Shown in pieces: positions 13,898-28,160 of a stretch of DNA of 64,000 nucleotides. This DNA comes from Callorhinchus milii. Lineage: Eukaryota. How positions within the stretch are numbered: position 1 is the stretch's first letter; every line of letters starts with the position of its first letter. The stretch covers positions 36,332,001 to 36,396,000 of the forward strand of contig NW_024704744.1 in the NCBI RefSeq assembly GCF_018977255.1, in the 5' to 3' direction. The notes beneath the pieces are model-generated. The model did not search any database. It had not been told where the DNA came from and saw nothing but the letters and a program-made list of their open reading frames with translations. A program made the translations under genes and the position numbers.

Positions 13898-14588
13898 GTA
13901 ATCCCTTTAATACTCAGATCTATTCTTTGATTGGATGATACAGTCAGAAGGTGATACCTAAAGTAAATAAAATCTAGGTGATGAGTTAGTTGCCTTCAGA
14001 AAATTAACGCTTCCTCCCAAAAAATATTTTTTGCATAAAGCAGAATGTTGATAGTGTTACTTTGTGCTGGGTACTTGATTACCAAGGTGTCATTTCCAAA
14101 GAACCATTGCAAAATATTGTTTTCGTCCAATAGTTTAGGGCAGAAAATACAGCACCACCCAATAGACTCCAATTACAGAATATTGGTGCTGTAATGCAAC
14201 ACAAGTCTGAAGTGATCTTCTTATCGACTGTCTGGTTCACATTACAACAACAACTGGTTATAATTAACACACCACACACGTAGGCCAAATATGTGATTTA
14301 TCGAAATACTGCACAGGCAATGGAATACAGCAACACCACACAGTAACCTCCATGTTATTTTTACATGTATTTTCCCTGAATCCACAGATAGCGGATCTTC
14401 TTTTCAAACAAGTATGTTACAATTTTCCTTCTGATTTTTATAGGGAAATATTTTTTGGGGGTATCAATGGATCTCAATAATGCATCCGGAAAGTAGAACT
14501 ACATGGAATGATAAGGCAGACAAATTGTTTTACAATCTCAAACACTACTATTAGGTCCTCTCTCGTTCGTCTCAACAAACATGGGCAT

Positions 14589-14951
14589 GGAGTCCTGTAA
14601 TTCAGTGGTTAGAGCACTTGCCTCACAAATGAGAGACCTCGATTCGATTCCCGGCAGGGCAAAATGTTGGGCAAGTTTCCTTACTCCACACGCCTGTTTA
14701 CTTAGCAGGAAGTAGGAATCTGGTTGTTTGTCGATTGGCGGATCACTTTTCCGGGGGTAATAATTCCTTTTAAAAAAAATTGGTCACTTCAACCCATGAC
14801 TGTCTGTGGGACACTGCATTGCACAATTGGCTCCCACGTATCGCCCACAAAATATACAGTGAATTCACTTTACAGTATATTCTGTGAAGCGCTTTGAGAC
14901 GTATAGAAGATGTGATAAGGCATTATATTAAATGCAAGGATTATTATTATT
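14589..14951 (+). mobile_element. tRNA-derived SINE, long subfamily, full length
   Basis: ggagtcctgtaattcagtggttagagc...gattcgattcccggc...aaatgcaaggattattattatt. Confidence 0.92.
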
Positions 14952-16342
14952 AACTAAAGAAAGTTACATCACAGAAGAAAGCCTTTCCACCCACCTTTAG
15001 AAGGAGAGTACAACAATTTCTATGTCGTCTTTTGTCATCAACCATGTGTCTACATTTGGGTTATCTGTTCCTAACTATAAACCAGCACAAGTGGCAGGTG
15101 AACAGACGCATAAAATTGAACAAACTACAGCACACCACATTAGACTATAAACTGTAATTTTTGTGTTGATCTAGCTTGTTCCAAAAACATTTAGACTTCA
15201 CATTTTTACTCAAAATATACCCTAATATTTAAGTTTAAATATTTAACGTTCTTCAATATACCGCAAGCATAAGCACACTTTCCACCCAAGCTGTATTAAT
15301 CTTGACAGTTTGCTTTTCTATTGCTACTAAACTTGATCAAGGGACCTGAGTGGCCACATATGAAAGTCTATAGTTCCCATTATAAACATGCATTGTGCTT
15401 TTCCTCTCACAATAAATTTTTACTTAACAGTAAGAAAGAACTAGTCAGATTTGCCAATCAGATATTCATAAAGCGATTTGTATTCATCATAAATCTATAA
15501 TCAAAATCGTTTTCTGAATGAAATCTAGACCACATGCATTCATACCTGTTTAATTTATCTATAGCTATCTAAACCTTGTCTATCAGGAGAATATTTTCAT
15601 GTATTTTTCCTGAATCCATACATAAGCAAGTGAAAGCCTTGTGAGATCCTGCAATGTAACACACAAAGGACCACAGTACCTGCATTCAATTAGAAGGGAC
15701 AAGAATATTCTGACAGTTCCAGGGCATATTATCTTCCCTCATTTGTCTCTTCCCATGTGTCTTTGTGGGATTCATAGCCGCGGCTGAGCACTGACAGTGA
15801 TTGTACTTGGCACTGCTGTTAACTCTAGGCACTATACAAATCTAAATAATTTGTAGAAGGGTGTCAGTTCCCAGTTTCTTCCAGCCTTGTTTTCTGACAC
15901 AAATTCATCCTCTTTTGCAAACAGTCCCATTTGTTATTCCCTTAATTCATCTGTAGTATCTGAATCAGAGATGCTTCAGAGATCCTTACGGAATACATTT
16001 ATTCATTGTTTTCCTGGGATTCTAACTGGTTACTTTGGCAATCAAATCAAGCTATTTCCCAACAGATCAGTTAAAGTCTGACCTCAAATTAAGAGCTTCA
16101 TGGTTCAGGTGCCTTGAACCTCAGTGCATACTTGAGTCCTGCCAATGTTGAATGTAATGGAGCTATGCAGTTTTTCTCTGCATCCATGCAGAAATGAAGC
16201 TTGTTACTTACACAACTCTTTCTCTGATATGGTTGAACAAATATTCAATCTTACACATCTTTCACTGAATTAAACTCAGTTCTGTTAATTAGAATAATGT
16301 CACCAATGCATTATCTATATGTTATTTTGATACTGTTGTAGA

Positions 16343-16720
16343 ATAACAACAACAAATTACATTTGTATAATGCCTTTCACGTCGGGAGAACGTCCCAATG
16401 CACTGGGAAGTCAAGGACTTGGACCCGAGCAGGGGTTGGGATCAGGAGGGCAGGAAGAGTAGGGGTAGGAAGGTGACCAAAGGTGTGATCGAAGAGAAGG
16501 GTCTTGAGATGTGCTTTGAAAGAGGCAAGGCAGGAAGCAAGCTGAAGGGACAAGGTTGGAGTTCCAAAGAGGGCAGAGAGTTGAAGGGGATGTGGAGCAG
16601 GCCAGAAATGCTGAGTGGAGGGAGCAGATAGGTTGATATGGGGTTAGAGGGTCACAGAAGTAGGAAGGAGCAAGGCCTCAGAGGCCTTTTAAGGCGATAT
16701 TCAAAGCCCTCCAAGGCCAT
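16343..16720 (-). mobile_element. L2 3' end
   Basis: caacaacaaattacatttgtataatgcctttcacgtcgggagaacgtccc is the reverse complement of the tail at 390-450. Confidence 0.8.
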
Positions 16721-19700
16721 GTCGATAATAAGATCAATATCTGGCTCTACCATACAAAACCTTATATTTGTATTCATATTTTTATGGTTGATATTTTTCT
16801 GGCAGTATAAAAGTGCCAGAATAGTTATAGTAAAACAACCATTTATTAAAGGATGATTCTCATGACTCACACAGCTAAACTCTGGTATTTTCCAGGCTTC
16901 ACACAGGCAAAGTGCATCAGGCTTCAAATTTAAAAATAGCTCTGAAATCAAATTCATTGTAAGCAGAGAAATCAATGTTGTAACCAAATGGACAGAATGT
17001 CCCCACTCTGGGAAGGATGTCACTAGAAATGTATATGTGGCCAAAGTGCAATTGTATTGTAATTGATTTGTGGCCAACTTTCTGTGCATTAATGCCATTT
17101 ACAAATTGGATGAAAATTGCCTTTAAAAAGACTTGAAGTTTACTATCCGGTAGTCTGTCAATCCAAACGAGAATGACCAGGCTATTTCAGGTCAGTACTT
17201 GAAGCAGAGAGAGCACATTTGTATTATTTTATTCTTTTGCACAAAACATGTGGCTTGAGCAATGCAAGTATTGCATATGTATAAACATCCTGTAGCAAAC
17301 TAAGAAAGACGACTTGTTTTAACTTCAGTGCTTCCAGGCTGCCTGTGCTTTTATAATTGATAACGGCCATTAACAATCCACCTACATGGGTAAGATACTG
17401 TGAAATGTTAGATGAATAAAAGGTCAAGCTTTCATTTAAAAAAAAATCCTGCTGCAGGAACTCTTAGTATAGACCATGAAGGGAACATAAGTTTTACAGT
17501 GCATAATATTCAGTGCTACCAGAGTATGCTTCCTAAGCACCCCCTCTGGACATTCACATTTCTGCAGAACCAATGACTCTCTCAAAATAACAAATGCAAC
17601 GCTATTTCTCCACAACTTTAAATAAAACCTGGTACAGTAATGCTATAGTTACAAACCTAAAAGCCAATTTCACTTAACTCACTTGAATTAAATGAGGATC
17701 TTGCAGCTGTTACTTATATAGCGCCCTAAGAGCGCCGTGTAGCGTCCTGGAACGCTTGAAGCCAGATGGTTTCACCCAAAGAAACCAGACGGCTCAGCTA
17801 TAAAACTCAAACTGTGCAGTCCCTGCACTCTACCATAAATAGTGTAAAATATTTTGAAATATCCTCCTGATGTGAAAGATACTATATCAGATTAAAAAAG
17901 CTCTTTAACCCTTTTGATTATTTTGCTCCAGAATACCCACTTTACCAATATTCCCATTGCAGCATCAAGTTATTTTTTCAAAATGGGTCTAGTATCCTGC
18001 CCCCAACTACCCTTCCTAGGAATCCAATCCAGTCATTAATTACCATCTGATTCCTTTTTGAAAAATGTTATCAATCTTTGTTGCACCAGAAGAATGTGAT
18101 CTGGACGACTAGGGACACTCAAACGTTATCTATCAATGGCGCAGTTCAGTCAGAATGTTACACAAGAGTTTCCATTGTGTTGAAACCAATTCTACATGAG
18201 ATCTCGATTCAACAACCTTTCCCATGGGCTCTTGCAGACAGACCCCCAACCCTCTTCTCCAACAACATACAACAACAGGCATCATTATGGGCGCTAAAGC
18301 CATCTAACAAATTACTGGCTCACAACCTTGACTGAAATGATGACACTCTTAATTGTTTATTACTCTACTCAGACCACAATTAAATACTCCATGTTCAGTC
18401 AGCCTTAGTTAGAGTGGAAAATTATAGATGTCCCTGCTTAAGTTTGTGAAATCAGTGAAATAGCATTTCAGAATCTACTATCCAACAATTGTACTATTAG
18501 CTGGAAACTGCAATTTTCTATACTTAAATCACAAAATGTCTATATAGCTGAAACTCTAATTTTCTGTCACGCAGATACATTTTTGTTCTAAAGAGGTGGG
18601 AGGGGAGAACATTGCCCCCCGAGTTTTTACAGGCTTTCAGTACAATCCTGTTCCATCCAATGACACTTAAAAATGTAAAAAGACAGTACCAGCTTGTGAC
18701 CAGTTTAAGTTCATAACTATTTAAACGTTCATTAAAATTCAGTTTGCAGTGCAAGAGGCATCAGAACATATTTGTGTATGATGCTTCACATCTAAAATCA
18801 ATTACCTCCAAAATGTCTGAATTTTTAAATAAGAAAAGTCTTTGAGATGTTTGCGATAATGTTTGATGCATAATTTTAAAATATGCTTCCAAAATGTTCT
18901 AAATTTCAATTGAAATGCACACAAACAAATAAATCATCTCTGCGGCATAGGCTGTATTGAGCAGGGCGGGTGACAGCCATTCACTGTCACAGAGGTATAT
19001 TTAATATTGTGCTGGAAGTGACACCACTGAAACATTAAACAGAGGAGAAGCAAAGCCAGCTACAGCAAAATGACATTGAGAGCTTTCAGAGCCTGTTACT
19101 GTCTTCATGCTCCAGAAACTCTTAAAGTACATTAAGCCACAACATTAGCTTTGGAAATTTCACTGTGCTTGAAAATATATCAAGAAACCATTAAGGAAGA
19201 TGCAAAGAGCAACGCAATGAATTTTGCAGAATAATATTTGGAAACAGGGTGTGTAAGGATGTCATTGGTCTATGTTGTCTTCAGTGTAAAGTGATAAATG
19301 GTCATCGCTACAAAAACCTTTTGCAATCAGAAAATCACTGTGTTCAGAATATCGCATTCTCTTTCTACAGATCTAATGGTGCTCATGGGGAAATGATTCA
19401 CACAATGTAAAACATGTGACTTGAATGATTCTTATTGAATATTATTTCTCCAAACCACCCATGCTTTGGGTTCTATGCGCAAGTCAATATTTTATTCAAC
19501 AGCCTCAGGTGTACATCCATAAACATTTCCAATAATGAAGGCAAAACACAGCAAGATTTGATTTCCTGAACACAGGTGATCATTTTTTTTCAAAGTCACA
19601 TTTTCAGACAAAAATTCAAGCACCTCATACAGCTGCAAAAACAGTATCTGGATGAAATCATTTTCAAGATGCCTGCAATGTGGCCCAACACCCAGTATTG

Positions 19701-20574
19701 CTCCAGTGCAGAAAAAGAATATTTAGGAAATAATGAAAAAAGTAATGTTTACATGCACAGTGTTGCTTACTTTTGTCGGGAGAAAGAGGTAATTCCTAAA
19801 GCATTCCCTGGCACAGTAAAAACAGATAAATCCACATCATCCTATTCAATATTGCTATTAGATCTGATTGAAAGCATAATTCAATGTATTTTGAAGTTAT
19901 ATTGCGATATTACTTAATGGGATTTCTTAATAAGGGATTCCTTCCTGCAAACAGGGATTCCTTCCTAAACCCAGTGGTAAGTTATTCCAATGTGAACTAC
20001 TTCCAAGGTGAATTTTGATCGGAATTCTAATGGGATTCCTCATTAAAAAATATTGCAAATTGGACACTTTTTAAAAAAATTAAAAGTCTAAACCTCTAAT
20101 AATGGATGAAAGATGGCAGTTGTGTCAGTCGACGCCAGCATCATTATGCAGAGGACAAAATTGAACTCTAAAATGACTGTTCTGAGTGAAAATATCAGGG
20201 GGTTTTACAAAGAGCCAATCCCAGCACTCCTATTGATTCTACAATGATCTATAGAGTCCTTAGCACATAATGAAGTGCACATTAATTGTTTTTTTTGGTT
20301 ACACATCTTCAATTAGGATGAATAGTGTGTCTTCCTGCCCTAATCCCTGAAGTGGCAACACACAACACCTACAAGGCACATACCATATAAACACTGCCTG
20401 TCAATCACTCTTCATAGTTGATCAACATTACTAAACTGTGACTAAACAAAGCTATTCAAACATTAGGTTAGCTGTAACAATACCCCTTACCCTTTATCTA
20501 TTAAAGTATATACACAGAAAAATTCATCCATGCTCATCCCGACACCCCATTTTGTTCAAAGACCTTTTCTCACA

Positions 20575-20938
20575 TAACAACAACAACAACTTGGATGTAT
20601 ATAGCGCCCTCCACACCGGACGGCGTTTCAGAGCGCTTCACAGTAATGGATCCTGGGGCCAAGCCGGGGGAGGGGGAGGAAGGTGACCAAAGGCGCGGTC
20701 GAAAAGAAAGGTCTTCAGCCGAGACCTGAAAATAGGAAGAGAGGGGATGAGGCGAAGGAAGTTTCAGAGCCTCGGGGCGTAATGGCTGAAGGCGGAGGAT
20801 TCGGGGAACAAGAATGAGGCCAGACCCGGTGGAGCGAAGGCAACGGGCACTGTTGTGAGGAGAAAGGAGGTCAGAGAAGTAGGGGTTGCAGAGGAGTGGA
20901 GGGATTTGAAGACAAAGGTGAGGATCTTGAAATCGATC
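20575..20938 (-). mobile_element. L2 3' end (second tail type)
   Basis: IDFKILTFVFKSLHSSA motif on the minus strand; (caa)n tail; closely similar to the copy at 55380-55925. Confidence 0.88.
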
Positions 20939-22856
20939 ATAATGCCTTTTGGGTTCAGAATTAGTTGTTTTGTGAATCTCACACTTCAAACGGTTTCCAA
21001 CGATCACAAACTGAGAGTTGTGATTAATCAAGAAATCTGTTTTGTGGATATTGCTCATTGAATCCCATCACCTTCATTCAGCTGCCACTTGATCTACCCA
21101 CAAGGTGAAGCAAAACAGGGTGAGGAATGTGCATCTACAGCAGCAATGGGCACTTACTACCAGTGAACAGTTGCTTTCTAGGGTAAGGAGTCTACAGTGT
21201 GTTTTATTGCAGTGAATATGGTATGAGCTGCTACCAGATTCTGCACAGGCCATTCTCTGAAGGTCTACAGTGACAGGTGAGACGATACATCAAGTAGATT
21301 TATGAAGCATGACCTATTGCCAATATGTTGACAGCCCCACATAGCCACTATGGAAATAACACTAATATAGTAGCAACAAAGCTATTAGAGATTGTTTTTT
21401 CTTCAGCTATAATGTTAACTCTATTCAAATATTAAACTAAATACAATAAAGCTACACATATGTTCCTCCTGAAACTCCATTCTTCCTTATATTTTCTCTT
21501 TTTTCTCCTATTTTTATTTAACCCTTTGTTCAAAAGAATAATTTGCACCTATTTTAGCTTTAAATCTTTCTTCTTCCCCTCATCAAATGATTCATTTTTG
21601 GAAGTGGAAGTACCCTTATTTACAATATTGTTTTCATTAGAAAATGCCTTTAGAGGCAGGTTCCTCAGCCAATATAAAGCTGAAAAAACAAAGATTGACA
21701 TGATCACATCTATTAATCTTTGAAATCAAACTTGAAAGTAGGATGCGTGAATAAATAAATTAGTTGTCAGTGCCCACAGATAAATTGCAAACACTGATAG
21801 ATAGACTAACCCAATGTTTGAAAGTTTAACCTAAAATATCCAAACCATCAATATCTTATTTTGGGTATGGCGTTAATATATATTATTTCCAACATTTATC
21901 AGTGAACTCCATTATATGGCTGTAATCAATTCTCACAGTTTTTCAGTCACCCATTATTCCTTCCTTTGTTCCCAATTTGTACTTTCTATTAAATCTAAAA
22001 TGTAATTATATTTATTATGAAGCTTCTTTATGCAACAAAATGTTTACTTTAAAATCCATAAAGCATTGTGAATCAAAACACTGTACAACACACTCAATTT
22101 AGTTACTTTTTACTGCTAATCCACGAAGTTATATAGCACTTTGGGGAGAAATTTATTGTAAGGAATTTCTTGCCTCTTCATTCATTTGGTGTGAAGTTTC
22201 ACCTATTTCGCCTGTAAAACTAATTTGTCTCAAACTTTAAGATTGTCCAGAATTGTAGAAAATCCTTCAATTTAACCTTAACGTGTAAAATCTCAAATTA
22301 AGATTGAATTTAATCATTTTCCATAATTCAGTGATCTTCTAAAATTTTAACCCAAATTTTAAGTAAACACACAAGAATGCAGTCAGAACCATCTGAAAGT
22401 TAGTAAACAGTTAAAAATGGAAGTGAACATCTTCAGAATAAATGGATTAATTCTTGATATGTTTTGATCATTATTCATTTGGTTGCATGTAGTTTCTTTC
22501 AGAGAAAGCAGTTTAAAATAAACTTAATATATTTTAATATATTAATATTATTATTATGAGGTAAAAAGCATGTTTTTCAATTTTAGTTTATTTTTACCAC
22601 AAAGTGTCTTGGAGATATAAAAGAAGCACATTTCTCTAAGACCAAATGTTCTGAGACAGTAACACATGCTGATTTATGCAAATTTTATCAGAACTTATAA
22701 CACCAAATTCTGTTCAATAACTCATAAACATATCAACAATCATAACTGATTTTTTGAGATAAATTACTTAAAAAGAGAGTTTGAGAAACAAGATGTGCCA
22801 ATGATCAGCTGAACTGAAACTACATGCTATTATACTTGATCTTTACATCCAAGAGA

Positions 22857-23262
22857 ATAATCCTTGCATTTCATATACCACCGTATCATGTTGTTGAAAC
22901 ATCCCAAAGCACTTCGCAACATTTATTGTAAAGTGCAGTGACTGCTCCTTTTGTAGGCAAATGTAACCGCAAGTTTGCACACAGCAAAGATAGCAAACAG
23001 CTATAAACTTAATGATTAATTTTAATGTTGGGCAATTGTTGGATACCAACATAAACTCCCTTCTCGTTTTAAATAGTGCCACAAGATCTTTAATGTTCAG
23101 GCAAAGAGAACCTTGGTTACATGTCTTACATAAAGTACAGCACCATCTACAATGCATCACTTCCCCAGCATTGGAGTGTCAGCCCCTTCTATGAGCTCAA
23201 CGTTCTGATGTGGGGCTTTAACCTACAATCCTCTGGACAAGAGCGCTATCAACTGAGCCAGG
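22857..23262 (-). mobile_element. Older Deu-type SINE
   Basis: Reverse-complement tail, core aaatagtgccacaagatctttaatgttc, head ctatcaactgagcca. Confidence 0.7.
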
Positions 23263-23412
23263 CTAATGATGTATTATAACTAATGTTATACTTTCGGCTC
23301 TTATAACTGGTTGTAGTGGACTTTTGTGCCTCGGTATTGTTGAGGTTGAGATGACCACTAACTAACAGAAAATGTGGATGTTTTAAGTCCACGTTTTAAA
23401 ACTTGGGTGTTT

Positions 23413-23719
23413 TAATAATCCTTGCATTCGATATAGCGCTTTTCACGCCGGGAGGATGTCCCAAAGCGCTTCACAGAACACACTGTAAAGTGAATTGACT
23501 GTATATTTGTGGACGAACGCGGCAGCCAATTGCGCACAGCAATGTCCCACAAACAGTCGTAGATTGAAAATGACCAATTTATTAATGTTTTGTTTTTTGG
23601 AGGGATTATTATTAGGCGTGCGGAGTAAGGAAACTTGCCCAAGGTTTCGCCCTACCTGGAATTGAACTCAGGTCTCTCGCTTGCAAAGTGAGTGCTCTAA
23701 CCACTGAGCTACAGGACTT
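23413..23719 (-). mobile_element. tRNA-derived SINE, short subfamily
   Basis: CpG-rich, near-identical to 51921-52240; intact A box TAGCTCAGTGG. Confidence 0.92.
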
Positions 23720-26689
23720 CCACAAGCTCTCCTTCTGGTATCATTCTGTTAACCAACCTGGAGTGGGCAACCTGTTCCCAGCCGTCTGTTAAGACCACTC
23801 TGCAACCAAGTAATAGGAGCTGCATGAGAACGTTTGGTTGTCTTGTGTCTTGTAGAGCACAGAACAGTTGGTTCAGTGTCTTATGAAGATCGCCCAATTC
23901 CCAACATGCTGCTCCCAGCCTCTGTTCCCAGGTATCTGCTGCTCTTCTTTGCCAGCTGCTTACTTGCCAAGAAAACAACTTCATATATTACAGTTGGTAT
24001 CTTGATATCTAGCTGCTGGATCACAGTTGTAAATCCATATAAGGAATTTTTACATAGGATAAGGGATTTCCTAAGTTACTAATTGACAAATTATCAGGAG
24101 TGGGGAGTTAAACATATGTATAAATACAATAGATTAAAAAATTTAAAAATGTGGCCAAAATATTGACAGCATGATGACTGAAGTGGTAGTGATAAGATAA
24201 ACTATGGTTGAGTTATCAGGAGGTTACTGTATTTTCTACCTCAGGCCCATCCACTTGATACTACACATCCTTATCTGATAGGAGATTATCTGAGAGGGGC
24301 CAGACTTTTTATCAGGTTGCATTGATACCACTTTAGAACTAGTTATTGGGACATGCAGCCTCCTGAGTTTTCATCCTCTATTGTAAAGAAACACTCAGTT
24401 CTCCACTATGTCTCACCAACATATCGTCTAGTTTAGATTAGTCACTCTGATGGTGGTACTACCATCCCATGCAGCTGCATTCTGGATCTGTGCTGTCTCC
24501 AACATGATATTTGGATATTAATTTCAGTAATCCTGAAATAAAAACCCACTGATGCAGATCAAATTGGATGCAGCCTATTTGAAAAAAATAAATTTTTTGA
24601 GCAGTAAAAACTGAAGCTGAAACTTCTATTGAATATGTTTGTTGCAATTAATTGTTTTTGTAAACATTATATGTTATCTCTGATTATATATAGACTGTGG
24701 CATTTTGCAAGTTGTGCTGAAATAAGTTATACATTCGATTAACAATTTTTAAATATAATTTCCATATAACGTCAATCCTGATCGCATACTTTGTATTTAT
24801 TATTAAACGCAAACATTTTATTTGAAGAATTATTTGCAATGAAGAGATCATCACTTTAACACTGACAGACTAACTGACTTACTGACTGAAAAATGCATGT
24901 CAGACTAAGGCTAGACAGGAATGTTAGATGGGGGAGCAGCAGGAAGAATCTCTTACTCATAAAAGCACATGAACAGCATTAGAGATTCACTTCCCAGTCT
25001 GTATTATTACCACATGGCAGTTAATTGTTGGAAGATGTATGAAAGGCTCCCAGAGTAATTCATCCTTCAGCTTTTCACTCTTACTTACAAGAAAGCATCT
25101 CATCTCTCCACAGTGTCTTGGCACTCGGCCTAGCCGAGATTGCAAACTCCCACTGTGTGGGGAAGCAAGACCATCACTTCATGATGCTATATTCTGGAAC
25201 CAGCTGTGTCAGAAATGTTACTTGTTTATTAATTATCGAATACTGTGCATAACTTTACAAACTGCATCCAATTACTGGCAATTTTTTTTGAATACTGAAA
25301 ATAACAGATAACGTTAAAGATTAGAGAAACGTGTTTCATTAGGCATGGTATGAGGGGAAACTAACTGTGCTGTCTGTAGCAATGTAAAACTAAGCTGATT
25401 TAGAAGGTCACAGGACAAGAAATATGGTTGGTTACTTCTGCTAGCTGGAACATTCATAGGCATATTTGAAGCTTTCGTGCACACGTGTCTCTGTTGAACT
25501 GTTGAACATTTGCCTCACTCACATTCTACAGAGAGCTGCTGCAATAGCTAAGCTATTTATTTGATGGAAGTTTAGCATCTTGGAGTAGATATGAAGCCAT
25601 CGCTCACCTAGGAGTGACTAGGATATGACGCCAAATTACAGTTCAAATCCTCAAAAAGATCATAAGAGTGGTTCGGATGAAATCCTTTTGGCTCATTTTA
25701 TCTCATTCTCCCAGAATACCCACCCCACGCTCTGCCCTTAATACGTTGTTGTGTGCTAGACTATGTGCTGCATTGTGTATCTATTTCACTGAGCTATGTA
25801 GAACTGGTGAACTTTAAAAATTAATCAAAATCAAATGAACAGTCTCTTTCACTTTATAGCCTCATTGTAAAGTTGTGCCCTCGAGCACTGAGCTTTATTT
25901 GTAGCTTTCATCTTCATTTTTTAATGTAAGTTCAGCAAAACTGGTAATTTTATAAATGGATGCTTTTCACTCAGCTGAATGAGCGACTTGCATTCAATGA
26001 TAGAAAATTGCTTCTCTTGCAGTAGTCACTGATTAAACTAAGAAATTGCAACAAAATGAAATTGCATATTTGCTACTTTTTCTTTGAATGTAAAATATAA
26101 TTCCAGGATGAAAAGTGTGATGTGCAAAATGTTCATTAACATAAATGGTCCATGTTGATGTATCAGTTATTAACTGTACACAGGTATGCTGGACTCTATA
26201 CTACCAACTCTCCCCCTCCCCCCCTCCCACCCCCACACACCACAACGACAAACACTGTTAACATTGGTTTAGCACAGAAACCATAATGCCACTTATTGGC
26301 CCTCCAGCTTGCAGATGCTACATCAAACTCCAAGTTAGTGTCTTGAACAACAAATTCAGAATTAATTGGTTAGAATGGAGGATGCATATCTCTTCAGTTA
26401 ATCCTGGGAAATTTAGTTTCACAAAACATCATACTGGATAGATGACCTTCTACTTGGTGGAAAGATGACAGTATTACAGATGTTCACATAACCTAATTGT
26501 TGCCTGAAAGGACAATGACAACACTTGCAGAGAATGCAAGCGACCGCAGAAGTCAATCTGAGTCTATATTTTCCCAAAAGACCTACAGAAAGTAAATCTT
26601 TTGTTCACCTTTTGTTGCTGCAGCACACTTTTTTCCAGTGCTGAGATACCTATAACACTACTACATTCCTAAGGAGCACTTTCTCAGGC

Positions 26690-27030
26690 TCCAATTATGA
26701 AGGGTTTTGATAGGGTAAAATGAGAGAAGCAATTTCCACCAGTTCGGGAGGACCATTATTATAAGATAATCATGAGAAGAGCTAAAGAAGAGCTTTTTCT
26801 CTCCGAAAGTTGTTGAGATGTGGAATGCACTGCCAAGTAAGGTGGTAGAGGCAGTCCATTGTGGGTTTGAAGATGGAAGTAGATTGTTACATGAAGAATG
26901 GTGACTTGAAGTGGCATAGGGGTAAGACAGGATAATAGGATTGGATGAACATCTTCCTCTGAGAGCTGGTGCAAACCTGATAGGAAGAATATCTTCCTAC
27001 TATGCTGTAAATTTATTTCATTCTATGACC
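26690..27030 (+). mobile_element. Decayed CR1 3' fragment
   Basis: attatgaagggttttgatagggta...gtggaatgcactgcca...cttcctactatgctgtaaa. Confidence 0.65.
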
Positions 27031-27885
27031 CTATGATGTGGATAACTCTGGCAGCACCAGCATTCATTCCAACCCTTGATTTCCCTTAGAAGGTGGTAGT
27101 CCCCCTTCTTTTTAAACTACTTTGACGTAACTGAAGCCTTCAGGGTGCCTTCGATGGGAGGAAATTACCATTGAAACCAGCATGTCATTGATCTGCAGCA
27201 GATCATGATTGCAGAAATGCAGAACCTAGGTTTAAAATTAATAAACTCTCCAAGGAGAGGAGCAGATAGAAGGAATTTTTCCTTACAGTTGATCTGCGAA
27301 ACAGACCGAGCAAAGCAATACATAAATAATGTTTCATATTTTTAAAACAAAAATTGACAATCATATGACAAAAACCTTGAAAAAAAGCCTACAGCCTTCT
27401 CAGCAGATAGAATAGCAACTGCTCAACTCTAATATGACTGCACTTCACAGAAACTTATTTAAAGATACTTTTTCAGCTTTGAATCTTTTTTTAAAAAAAT
27501 GGGCTTTCACTGAAGATATTCTAACAGGTAACTCACTCTGTTTGTAAATGGGTCATGTGATCAAGTTACCGTTGCATTGTTAATCATGTCCATTAAAATT
27601 TATATATATTTTAACCGGATTCTCTTGTGGCGGGATTTGACGAAACATAGATGGAAAGATCCTGCTAAATTCCTTGGCTTTTTTTTATGCATTGCCAGTT
27701 TTGCAAGTGGTTCACGTCAATTCTGTACTGCAATTGAACCTAGATAAGCTGTCTAATATTACTCCATGATCCGGGAAGCTTCTCTAACCCTATTCTTGTA
27801 CTTGTGGACAGGAAGCAGAGATTAAAAAGAGGATCCTTCCTTCACTTCTGTCCCTTCACTCATTCTACTTTACCCTTTCCTATAC

Positions 27886-28160
27886 TGTCAGCTTGGCTCA
27901 GCTTGGCTCAGTGGTAGCATTCTCGCCTCAGAGTCAGATGGTTGTGGTTCAAGCCCCATGTACGGACTTGGAATTATATAGTCTAAGATGACACTCTAAT
28001 GAGGTGCTGGAGGTTTGTTGCATTGTTGGTGGTTCTCTTTTCAAATAGTATCAACAAGCAGATCAGACCTTTGTTTAATGTCTAAACAAAAGGATGGCAC
28101 CTCTGACAATGTCAAGCTTCCCCAGCAATGCATTGGAGTGTCAGCCTAGACTATTAGAGT
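27886..28160. mobile_element. Two Deu-type SINE fragments in opposite orientation
   Basis: Plus-strand head ggctcagtggtagcattctcgcctcagagtcag; minus-strand core tttaatgtc...aaaggatggcacctctgacaatg...ttggagtgtcagcctaga. Confidence 0.6.

Noticed and set aside
24040-24460. Very decayed CR1-like RT sequence (also ~36600-36900)
   Set aside because: Too degraded to delimit or confirm by eye.
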